Source of the DNA: Coleofasciculus sp. B1-GNL1-01
GTDB taxonomy: Bacteria > Cyanobacteriota > Cyanobacteriia > Cyanobacteriales > Coleofasciculaceae
Strand: one strand, 5' to 3'
Length of the DNA stretch: 64,000 nt
Assembly: GCA_040220235.1 (NCBI GenBank)
Contig: JAVJTO010000119.1
Made by a program: the position numbers and the translations under genes
The notes under the pieces: generated by a model
The model's database searches: none
Told to the model about the DNA's origin: nothing
What the model saw: only the letters and a program-made list of their open reading frames with translations
Part shown: positions 40,746 to 49,332 of the stretch, piece by piece
How the letters are laid out: each line of letters opens with the position of its first letter
Position numbering within the stretch: the first letter of the stretch is position 1

Positions 40746-40971
40746 AGTTAAAGATGGGGATTGTCATTGGTTATTTGTCATTTGTCATTTGTGATAATTG
40801 AATGGTTAGGTCGGGGCGGGTTTAGTTATATCAGGGTGAACACGAAACGTTAGTGGTAAAACCCGCCCCTACAAAAGATGTTTCATCAGAACGTCTCAGC
40901 TTCCCCATCTTCCCCATCTCCCCCATCTTCCCCATCTCCCCCAGCTTGCCCTGCTCCCCCAGCTTCCCCTG

Positions 40972-41604
40972 CTACACCAATCCCTGCCCTTTTTGGGCAA
41001 ATTCATCAATAGTTTGCTCAGATAAATTGTGAGTCGTCATCGCATTCAACATCTCCAACGGAAGCGTCAGATGATCCGCCCCAGCGATTAAAGCCCCCGC
41101 CGCTTCTTCTGGTGATTTGAGACTTGCGGCTAAAATCTCCGTGGGACTATCTTTGAGGATAGCTGCCATTTCTCTAACCAACACCAAACCATCCCCTAGT
41201 AAACGAGTGGCGCGGTTTACATACGCGATCGCATATTTGGCACCGGCTTCTGTTGCAACAGCAGCTTGGGCGGCGCTGTAAATGGCGGTGACTGAACAGG
41301 GAATCTCTGGGAATAGATGGGCGACAACCTGAAATCCTACGGTTGTTGCTGGAACTTTCAACACTGTTTTATCCCCAATAATCTCAAACGCTTTTCGTCC
41401 TTCTGTTACCATCCCCTGAAAGTCGGTTGCCATGAGTTGATAATACAGTTCTCCTGGGCTAATTGCCGCGAGTTGTTTCAGGGTTTTTTCTGGTGGTAAA
41501 TCACTTTTGGCAAGCAGTGTCGGATTGGTGGTGATTCCCTTGACCCATCCCCATTTCTCTACCGTTTTCGCTTCACTGACTAATGCCGAGTCCAAATAAA
41601 TCAT
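40972..41604 (-). CDS. transaldolase / fructose-6-phosphate aldolase family protein (short type)
   Basis: IYLDSA, GITTNPTL, LKVP, TAIYS, YVNR, LAASLK. Confidence 0.9.
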   Translation of the reverse strand: MIYLDSALVSEAKTVEKWGWVKGITTNPTLLAKSDLPPEKTLKQLAAISPGELYYQLMATDFQGMVTEGRKAFEIIGDKTVLKVPATTVGFQVVAHLFPEIPCSVTAIYSAAQAAVATEAGAKYAIAYVNRATRLLGDGLVLVREMAAILKDSPTEILAASLKSPEEAAGALIAGADHLTLPLEMLNAMTTHNLSEQTIDEFAQKGQGLV

Positions 41605-41674
41605 GATCGATTTTCCGTTATTTAAGGGACTTGCGGAAAAAATAGAATATGTGCCAACTGCACATCCAACTGGG

Positions 41675-42010
41675 TTAAGCGATCGCGTAACCTGTATAAG
41701 GGCGAACCTCTGGTGGCTGAAACCCTAGCACGATATCCGATGGAGGAACACCTGCGGCAACGAGTTCTTCGGTAATGCCATCTTCGATACCATCCCGTTG
41801 AATCCAGATTTTACCATCAATAATCTGAACATGGGTAAGGCAGCCGTGGACTCGGCGTTTTTGTTGCCAGCCTACATCTAACAACAAAAAATGGTTGCGA
41901 TCGCGATCGACAATCAAATATTCATCTATTTTTCCGTAACTATAAGGAATATCGGCGTGTTTTTTTAGGACGTTTTCGATTGTCTCTCGATAGAACTCTA
42001 GGCGATCCAT
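41675..42010 (-). CDS. xisI: XisI family protein
   Basis: DRDRNHF, GW...RVHG, HVQIIDGKIWIQRDGIE, ELVAAGVP..DIVLGF. Confidence 0.92.
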   Translation of the reverse strand: MDRLEFYRETIENVLKKHADIPYSYGKIDEYLIVDRDRNHFLLLDVGWQQKRRVHGCLTHVQIIDGKIWIQRDGIEDGITEELVAAGVPPSDIVLGFQPPEVRPYTGYAIA

Positions 42011-42169
42011 TGCACAACCTCCTTGGCTTGTCTCAGCGTTAAATTACTGTATGCCATAAATAAGCTTAGGTTGTAGCCATCTCAATCCTAGCCAGTTGTG
42101 GGAATATAGGATAATAGGCGATAGGATCTAGGGATAGAGACATCAACAGACTAGCGACAACGGCAATCT

Positions 42170-42856
42170 ATGGTTCAAACGAGCTTCCAGCAAGAGTCTT
42201 TACCCCCAGCGCTTGAAAGTGGCGATCGCTTAAATCGTTATGAATTTGAGCGTCGTTATAACGCGATGCATTCTCTCCAGAAAGCTGAACTCATTGAAGG
42301 AGTCGTTTACTTGCCTGCTGCACTGCGTTTTAGAAGTCACGCTGAACCCCATGGAAATCTGATCGGCTGGCTATGGACTTACAAAATTTCTACGCCTAGA
42401 GTTGAGTTAGGAGATAATCCAACGGTACGGTTAGATTTGGATAACTTACCCCAACCCGATGCTGTATTGTTAATTGATGAAAATGCGGGTGGACAGGCGA
42501 GACTTAGCGAAGATGATTATATTGAGGGTGCGCCAGAATTGGTAGCAGAGATTGCGGCTAGTAGTGTGGCGATAGACTTGCATGATAAAAAACGGGCGTA
42601 TCGTCGCAATGGGGTGCAAGAGTATATTGTTTGGCAAGTGTGTGAACGGAGGCTTGATTGGTTTTACTTGCAGCAGGGTGAGTATGTATCTTTGCCCGTG
42701 GATGAAGGGAATGTGATCCGGAGTCGAGTGTTTCCCGGATTGTGGTTAGCCGCTGATGATTTGTTAGCCGGAAATATAGGGAGGGTGTTGTCGGTGTTGC
42801 AGGAAGGTTTAGCTTCGGGAGAACATGCAAGGTTTGTAGAACAATTGGTGTCATAG
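42170..42856 (+). CDS. Uma2 family endonuclease
   Basis: AELIEG, PQPDA, GAPELVAEIAASS, YRRNGVQEYIVW. Confidence 0.92.
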   Translation: MVQTSFQQESLPPALESGDRLNRYEFERRYNAMHSLQKAELIEGVVYLPAALRFRSHAEPHGNLIGWLWTYKISTPRVELGDNPTVRLDLDNLPQPDAVLLIDENAGGQARLSEDDYIEGAPELVAEIAASSVAIDLHDKKRAYRRNGVQEYIVWQVCERRLDWFYLQQGEYVSLPVDEGNVIRSRVFPGLWLAADDLLAGNIGRVLSVLQEGLASGEHARFVEQLVS

Positions 42857-42920
42857 CATTTTTAGAGTTAGATTGCACAACTGTAAAGCTTTAATTTCAT
42901 AGTGAAACTTGGACAAGAAG

Positions 42921-43364
42921 ATGACTGAATCGCCGTATAGAGAGTTTGAAAAAACTGAGGTAACTTCACTTTCAGTAGATCTGATGTTAGAAACGTTTGT
43001 AAGTTTGGCAGAAGAACAGGATTTTAGCTTGGGAGTTACTCTAACTGTTCATGGCTTACTAATTTCTGGTCACATCATCAGTTTCCAGAAATATCTTGAG
43101 GGAATTGCTCAAAGCTTTGAGTCTGCCACGGGTAATCAGAAAATAGGTCAAATTATTGCTGAATCTTACCGGAATGCCAGTCAAGAGTATTCAGAAATCA
43201 GAAGAGCGCAAGGAATAGAAGAACTTCCTACTCGCCGATATATTCATCTATCTGATGCCAGATTTAGATTTGGTGACAGTGTTGTGTCTCCAGGAACAGG
43301 AGTTTATTGGAGGGGAAGATTAGACGAGGTTGATGGATTCTTTCTAGGCATCATCGAATCTTGA
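42921..43364 (+). CDS. GvpU-like protein
   Basis: FSLGVTLTVHGLLISG..IS..Y, YIHL.DA, WRGRLDEVDGFFLG resemble Bacillus GvpU-type proteins. Confidence 0.65.
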   Translation: MTESPYREFEKTEVTSLSVDLMLETFVSLAEEQDFSLGVTLTVHGLLISGHIISFQKYLEGIAQSFESATGNQKIGQIIAESYRNASQEYSEIRRAQGIEELPTRRYIHLSDARFRFGDSVVSPGTGVYWRGRLDEVDGFFLGIIES

Positions 43365-43405
43365 GTAAAGTAGATGGTAAGCTATTGAGAAACATGATTC
43401 ACATT

Positions 43406-43876
43406 CTATCTAAGCGTCGAAAGTAAAAGGACACGGTGTAACGGAAAGCTGCTAGGCACAGTCCTAATTATTTGTTCGTCAGCCGTACACCATTGACAAT
43501 TTAGGGTTTCCGCTAATCGGATGTAGGTCATGTCGTATGAACCTTTAGCATAGTCTACAGACATCTCCACTGCTGCTATGCACTCATCTTCAATTGCCGC
43601 AGATATTTGAATTGGAATCTGGAAAAAGGCTTTGGCAAACTCTACGGCTTGTGTTTTTTCGAGACGAGGTGGATTCCCTTTCACCTGTCCGCAGGCTCTT
43701 GCTAAAATACCACATACCTCATAAGGAAGAATTTGAGGAGCATATAATTCAACGTCATCAGCTAAACACGCTAGAAGGATATCGCTAGCTAGGTCAACAT
43801 CGCTTTCTCTAGCATCCTTCAGAAACCATTTAGCCGCCACGCTTGCGTCAATTACTAAACGCTCAGGTAGATTCAC
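43406..43876 (-). CDS. vapC: PIN-domain (VapC) toxin
   Basis: VIDASVAAKW, YEV, SYDMTY, WCTAD. Confidence 0.88.
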   Translation of the reverse strand: MNLPERLVIDASVAAKWFLKDARESDVDLASDILLACLADDVELYAPQILPYEVCGILARACGQVKGNPPRLEKTQAVEFAKAFFQIPIQISAAIEDECIAAVEMSVDYAKGSYDMTYIRLAETLNCQWCTADEQIIRTVPSSFPLHRVLLLSTLR

Positions 43877-44255
43877 GCATCTTCCTTAAAGTATCTACAA
43901 TATTGAAGTTAACTGAACCCACCTCATCCCGCAGCTTCTGAATGCGCTCATACAATTCTCGGCGCTCAGGTGAAAGCTTATCTAGTCTTTGCAATCTTTG
44001 CTGGGTTCTATCTAATCTATCGCTACCAACCTGTGATATATGCTGTAGAGCATTAAATGCATCTTTTTCAGCTTTCTTTAGTATCTCAATTGATACATCC
44101 CGTTTTGGGGTTGGCAACCTGCTTTTCTTTTGTCTACAAGTCGAGAGATGAGGCAGTACAGCACTCCTCACCGATTCTACGATGAATTGCCTAAATGCCG
44201 CCTCATGTTGTTGTGTATCCCCTGTGATTTCTATTCGGACAACTGTCATCACCAT
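43863..44255 (-). CDS. putative antitoxin for the PIN toxin
   Basis: Lies immediately upstream of vapC and overlaps its start; C-terminus DTLRKMRE resembles antitoxin tails. Confidence 0.55.
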   Translation of the reverse strand: MVMTVVRIEITGDTQQHEAAFRQFIVESVRSAVLPHLSTCRQKKSRLPTPKRDVSIEILKKAEKDAFNALQHISQVGSDRLDRTQQRLQRLDKLSPERRELYERIQKLRDEVGSVNFNIVDTLRKMREST

Positions 44256-44314
44256 ATCATCGATCCTGTCGTGACTTTGTTAGAACTAAATTGACCACCA
44301 AAAGCGCTGTAAAA

Positions 44315-44581
44315 TTAAGGACTTTCGTCTGTTCGATCCAACGAAGTGCTAGACTTTATATTGGGAGCAATGGCTTGATTTTCCTGCATAATTCTAATCA
44401 GAAATCGCAGAGCTTCATTGACTGCCTCAGCATGAGGAAACATCTCTGCAACATCAGGTTCTAAGCGTACAGTTTTTCCGGCAAAACTTTTCCGTCCAGA
44501 GCCTAACTTTCTAACTCGTAAACTCTTTAAGTCGTATTCTGCTCGCAGATCATCTTCCATATCTGTCTTAACCCTCTTCAT
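44315..44581 (-). CDS. BrnA-like antitoxin
   Basis: DDLRAEYDL, VRLEPDVAEMFP...VNEALR; overlaps the BrnT stop. Confidence 0.8.
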   Translation of the reverse strand: MKRVKTDMEDDLRAEYDLKSLRVRKLGSGRKSFAGKTVRLEPDVAEMFPHAEAVNEALRFLIRIMQENQAIAPNIKSSTSLDRTDESP

Positions 44582-44839
44582 AAGCTTCTCGTTCAGCTTG
44601 CGTTACAACTCTTGCACTAATCAGGCGAATCAAATCTCCTTTTTCTGTATACGATACAATGAGTAAACGTCCCCGGTTTGATTCTCCAACAATAAGATAA
44701 CGCTCCTCATCCTCAGAATGATCGGGATCGTAGAAGTCAACATAAAGCGGATCATCAAAAACGGTTTTGGTTCCTCAAATGAAACTCGGTGCTTTGACAA
44801 ATTTGTTGCCGCTTTGTTGTCGTCCCAGTCAAAATTAAT
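44568..44839 (-). pseudogene. brnT: BrnT toxin pseudogene (start ATG->ATT, 1-bp deletion)
   Basis: NFDWDDNKAATNLSKHRVSFEE [fs] KTVFDDP...DPDHSEDEERYLIVGES..RLLIVSYTE...IRLISAR; 272 bp. Confidence 0.85.
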
Positions 44840-44968
44840 AGAATGATTATAACATCAAGTATTTGAAGGGATTTTTCCTGCGATCGCCCATCGCCGTAGG
44901 TTGGGTTGACGCCGGAAACCCAACATCCACTCCCATCCAACATCAATGTCAAATTTAGCGATCGCACA

Positions 44969-45308
44969 ATGGATATCCAATTGAACTACAGAGACATCAT
45001 TAAAGAAATACTACGCCGAACACGCCGACTATCGAGCTTCCCTGCCTGACAGCTATGACTCCTACGTTCTATTTGATGATCAACGAGGACGCTATTTAGT
45101 CTTGGATATTGGCTGGAATGATGATAACTATCTTCATACTACACCGATTCACATTGATTTAATCAGTGATAAAATCTGGATTCAATATGACGACACCGAG
45201 GAGGGAGTTGCTACCGATTTACTAGAAGCAGGCGTTCCCAAGGAAGATATTGTACTGGGTTTTCGCCATCCCAAAATTCGGCAGCATACAGGTTTTGCCG
45301 TGGCTTGA
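44969..45308 (+). pseudogene. xisI: XisI pseudogene (1-bp insertion)
   Basis: MDIQLNYRDIIKEILR [fs] EHADY...FDDQRGRYL...KIWIQYDDTEEGVATDLLEAGVPKEDIVLGF; 340 bp. Confidence 0.85.
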
Positions 45309-45323
45309 TTGCAGGATAGTTAC

Positions 45324-46871
45324 TCAATCGAGAATTGCAATTAGGGTGAAGCCTTCGCTACTACCGAGAATGACGCGATCGCGAATTGGTAATCCTGCTA
45401 ACGTTGACTCATCTACTAATAAGTAAGCCGACGTTGACGCTAACTGTTGCAACTGAGTTGTATCCGCCGGAATCACTTGGCGATCGCTATAAAAATCTAA
45501 ACTGGGACGCCGATAACCAAACGACGTATAAATCACCGTGTCTGGGGGCGTGTGTTCCTGAATCAACTGGGCGACAGGCTTTACCGCAAAGGCTTCATTT
45601 AATTCCCAAACCCAGGATATAGACATCATTAATAACAACAACGCCACGTAAGTCCCGCCCAATAAAATCGGAATAAATTGGCGATTATGCTGGTAAACCT
45701 GCCAAGCGGCTAAACCCATTGTTAACGCCACAACCACGCCCATAATAATTAATACAGGCTGCGGATCTGCCAGGATAAAGTAAACACATCCCCCCACCCC
45801 TGCAACTGCCATTAGCCCTAAAAGCCAGACTAAAAATTGGGGGTAATGCTTGCTTTTTTGCCACAACTGTGCTAAATACATACCAACAGCTAGGGCAAAA
45901 AAGGGATAGAACGGCATAATGTACCAAGGCAACTTGGTTCCCATCAGGGAAATCGCTCCCAGATAGCCAACAGTACCAATTAGTACCAGTTTGCCCCAAC
46001 TCCTTTGACGATGATGCCAAGCTAACGCCAATCCGCCAAACCAAAACAATAGCCAGGGAAAACTGTATTTGAGTAATTCCAGCAAATAATACCAAGGCGC
46101 ACCCTGATTTCCCTCCACAGACTCCGAGATGCGGTTCAACCCCTGCGCCTGAAAATGCACCTGCCAAAAGGTTTGACCATAATACTGCCACTGAACTGCA
46201 TACCAGGCGATCGCAGGTGTACTTCCCAAGAGAATACCTAGCCATAAATAGGGACTCTTTAACTGCGCCCATTGTTTATCAGCCAAGAGAAACCCAAACG
46301 CGATCGCACCCAGGAGAATCACCAAAATCCCTTTGGTTAACGTAATTAATCCTAGGCTAATCCCTATCCCAACCGCCCACCGCTTATCCTGACGCGCTTT
46401 CAGCAGACACACTAGCAACAGCAGAAAAAACGACACCACTGTACCATCCAGCATCGCCAGACGCCCATGACGCACCACAGGTAGCAACGTCAAATAAACA
46501 CTAGCCGCCAATATAGCAGGGAGACGTTGAGCAAAAAGTTCTCGTCCTAACAAATAGAGTAGCGGAACACTACAAGCAGACAAAAACGCTCCCGGTAGGC
46601 GGGTAGTGAATTCTCCTATCCCCCAAAACTTATACGACAGAGCAATTAACCAATCCATTAACGGGGGTTTGAGTAGATAGGGTTCCCCCTGAAGTGTCGG
46701 ATGCAGCCAATTCCCGGTGCGATAAATCTCTCTGGCAATCAGGGCGCGAGTTCCTTCATCCCAATCTCGCAACGGTACATTTCCTAGAGAAATACTTCCC
46801 AGGAAAAAGGCGGCTAAGGAAAAACCGATTAGCCAATGGTTGTTAGTGAAATTCAGTCGTAGTTTTGCCAT
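45324..46871 (-). CDS. GT-C glycosyltransferase (ArnT/PMT family)
   Basis: DWDEG, YLLKPPL, RLPGA, RLAMLD, LTKG, KLPWY; many TM helices. Confidence 0.92.
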   Translation of the reverse strand: MAKLRLNFTNNHWLIGFSLAAFFLGSISLGNVPLRDWDEGTRALIAREIYRTGNWLHPTLQGEPYLLKPPLMDWLIALSYKFWGIGEFTTRLPGAFLSACSVPLLYLLGRELFAQRLPAILAASVYLTLLPVVRHGRLAMLDGTVVSFFLLLLVCLLKARQDKRWAVGIGISLGLITLTKGILVILLGAIAFGFLLADKQWAQLKSPYLWLGILLGSTPAIAWYAVQWQYYGQTFWQVHFQAQGLNRISESVEGNQGAPWYYLLELLKYSFPWLLFWFGGLALAWHHRQRSWGKLVLIGTVGYLGAISLMGTKLPWYIMPFYPFFALAVGMYLAQLWQKSKHYPQFLVWLLGLMAVAGVGGCVYFILADPQPVLIIMGVVVALTMGLAAWQVYQHNRQFIPILLGGTYVALLLLMMSISWVWELNEAFAVKPVAQLIQEHTPPDTVIYTSFGYRRPSLDFYSDRQVIPADTTQLQQLASTSAYLLVDESTLAGLPIRDRVILGSSEGFTLIAILD

Positions 46872-47077
46872 TTATCATTGGTTCTTTGTCATTTATTTTT
46901 GCCCAATGACCAATGATGGCGTTAAAAGCGGGATGCAGCCTTTGCACTCCAACTTAATTGACAAATCGTAACATTAGTAACTAAACGGTTCGCCAATTAC
47001 CTATATTCTTGATGGAGGTGGCGAGTTGTGTCTGATGACGACTCAATCTCTACCGTGATCCTGAATCCTGAAGGGCT

Positions 47078-47302
47078 TCAGTAATTATTAAATGTTTTTC
47101 GGGCATCCAACAGTTCTAGATAAGATATTGGCACGACGATGGGCCACAGGATAGTAGCAATGACCAAAAGCACCCAAGAGGAAAATTTCTCCTTTGAGGA
47201 CAGACTGTGATCACGTTGCATGAAATCTAACCATCGGCTGAATAAAATCGGCAACATGATTACGTAAAATGCGATGGCTCCGATAAAAACTGTTTCCCAC
47301 AT
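47078..47302 (-). CDS. small two-TM hypothetical protein
   Basis: 74 aa; IATILWPIVVPISYLELL motif; GAGG RBS. Confidence 0.7.
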   Translation of the reverse strand: MWETVFIGAIAFYVIMLPILFSRWLDFMQRDHSLSSKEKFSSWVLLVIATILWPIVVPISYLELLDARKTFNNY

Positions 47303-47821
47303 AAATAACCTCAGTAGATTGAAAATTCGGTGGTGAATGACTCCACGATAGAGAGCTTCGTTGTCTATTCGTTACTCTGACCCGAAGGTACAAAAAAAAG
47401 ATAATATCCTAGATGAAAGATCTACACTTGACGTAAGCGTTTAAGCGTTTGTCAAATTAGTCTGCCTAATTAACGTCTTCTAATCCAGTTGCTGTTTATC
47501 AGTTGATGAACTAATAATACTGACCTACTAGATCTAAGGCACGTTGTTGAGCGTGATATTGTGACAAAAGTTAACAATATCTATCTCTAGAATTGTTTTC
47601 ATTCTATACTATTCTAGTATTGAAAAAAAGTTGTGGCTAGGGATAACCTGATGATTCGTGCAGTGTTATCCGCCCTAGTCGGCTTTCAAGGCAGAAATGA
47701 CAAGTTCAAATAACCTCAATCCATCTCTGTTTCGAGTCATATTGTTACCATTTTGACACAATTGAAGTAGATGATCCGATGACTGGACTGGTGTTGACAA
47801 AGCCTTTAGCCGGACTCTGAT

Positions 47822-48967
47822 TCACTTGGTAGAGGCTTGTGCCTGCTCTACCACCTCAGTAATCGAACTCAATCCTTGTTGTTCCAACTTTTTTAACAAT
47901 CCCTGCATGATTCGCCGTGCCATCCAGGGTCCCTCATAGACTAATCCCGTGTACACTTGAATCAAGCTGGCTCCGGCGGTGAGCTTTTCCCACGCATCCT
48001 CGGCGGTAAAAATTCCCCCCACACCGATAATCGGTAATTTCCCGTGGGTGTGCTGGTAAATAAACCGAATCACCTCTGTGGAACGTTCCCGCAGTGGCGC
48101 ACCACTAATTCCGCCAGCTTCTTCTGTCACGGGTTTGCCTGTGGCGGCGATGACTTGGGTTTTCAGGATATCCCGGCGAATCGTTGTATTCGTCGCCACA
48201 ATCCCCGCAAGCTGATAGGTTTGAGCTAAATCGACAACATCCGCGATCGCCTCCCACTCCAAATCCGGTGCAATCTTGACTAAAAGCGGCTTTTGCCCTT
48301 GATTATCCTGTTGCAACGTCTCCAAAATGATTCGCAGTTGTTCAGCATCTTGTAGCGATCGCAATCCGGGTGTATTGGGGGAACTGACGTTAACTACAAA
48401 ATAATCACCCCAAGGCTTCAGCAAGCGGAAACTGGTTAAATAGTCAGTAGCGGCGTCTTCTAAGGGTGTTACCTTAGACTTACCCAGATTGATCCCCAAA
48501 GGGATCGGCTCAAACGGCTGATGTGCGATCGCTCCTAATCGTTCTGCCAACGCTTGCGCCCCTCGATTATTAAACCCCATACGGTTGAGAACAGCTCTAT
48601 CTTGGAGTAAACGAAACAACCGGGGTTGGGGGTTTCCGGGTTGGGCGTGACAGGTAACGGTTCCAAGTTCAGCAAAGCCAAACCCAAAGATACGCCAAAT
48701 TCGAGCCGCTACCCCATCTTTATCAAATCCGGCGGCTAAACCGAGAGGATTGGGGAATTTCAGTCCCCACAGGGTTTGTTCTAAGCGAACATCGCTCAGG
48801 CAAAAGGCTTGGTGCAATTGAGAGGAAAGCCAAGGAGTTGAGGAGGATTCATGAGTCCGATCTAGCCAACCTAATAAGTGCATTGTTTGTTCGTGCGCCC
48901 ACTCCGGATCTGCCTTCACCAGCGAAAATAGAATGGGGCGAATGGCAGATTGGTAAATATCAGTCAT
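47822..48967 (-). CDS. pyrD: dihydroorotate dehydrogenase (quinone)
   Basis: [42 protein letters not shown]. Confidence 0.97.
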   Translation of the reverse strand: MTDIYQSAIRPILFSLVKADPEWAHEQTMHLLGWLDRTHESSSTPWLSSQLHQAFCLSDVRLEQTLWGLKFPNPLGLAAGFDKDGVAARIWRIFGFGFAELGTVTCHAQPGNPQPRLFRLLQDRAVLNRMGFNNRGAQALAERLGAIAHQPFEPIPLGINLGKSKVTPLEDAATDYLTSFRLLKPWGDYFVVNVSSPNTPGLRSLQDAEQLRIILETLQQDNQGQKPLLVKIAPDLEWEAIADVVDLAQTYQLAGIVATNTTIRRDILKTQVIAATGKPVTEEAGGISGAPLRERSTEVIRFIYQHTHGKLPIIGVGGIFTAEDAWEKLTAGASLIQVYTGLVYEGPWMARRIMQGLLKKLEQQGLSSITEVVEQAQASTK

Positions 48968-49320
48968 TGGTTATTTGTCCTTTGTCATTTATCCTTTGTC
49001 ATTTGTCATTTGTCATTTGTCATTTGTCATTTGTAATTCGTCATTTGTAATTCGTCATTCGTCATTCGTCATTCGTCATTCGTCATTTGTCATTGGTCAG
49101 GGAAAAGGGAACAGGGAAAAGTGTAAGGTAGAGTTTTGAGTTAACTCACGACTTCCCCATCTTCCCCAGCTCCCCCGGCTTCCCCAGCTCCCCCATCTCC
49201 CTCATCTTCCTCATCTCCCTCATCTCCCCCATCTCCCTCATCTCCCCCAGCTTCCCCAGCTTCCCCAGCTTCCCCAGCTCCCCCAGCTTCCCCATTCCCC
49301 ATTCCCCATTCCCTGTTCCC
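48963..49320. repeat. short tandem repeat arrays (TTTGTCA/TTCGTCA heptamers; CCCCAGCT/CCCCATCT units)
   Basis: Directly visible; similar arrays at 22116-22141, 24946-24990, 26146-26217, 27419-27454, 40760-40792, 40899-40971, 61443-61482. Confidence 0.9.
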
Positions 49321-49332
49321 TGCTAATTAATT

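Noticed and set aside
44755..44967. 70-aa minus-strand ORF
   Set aside because: Chance frame across a REP element and the broken brnT 5' end
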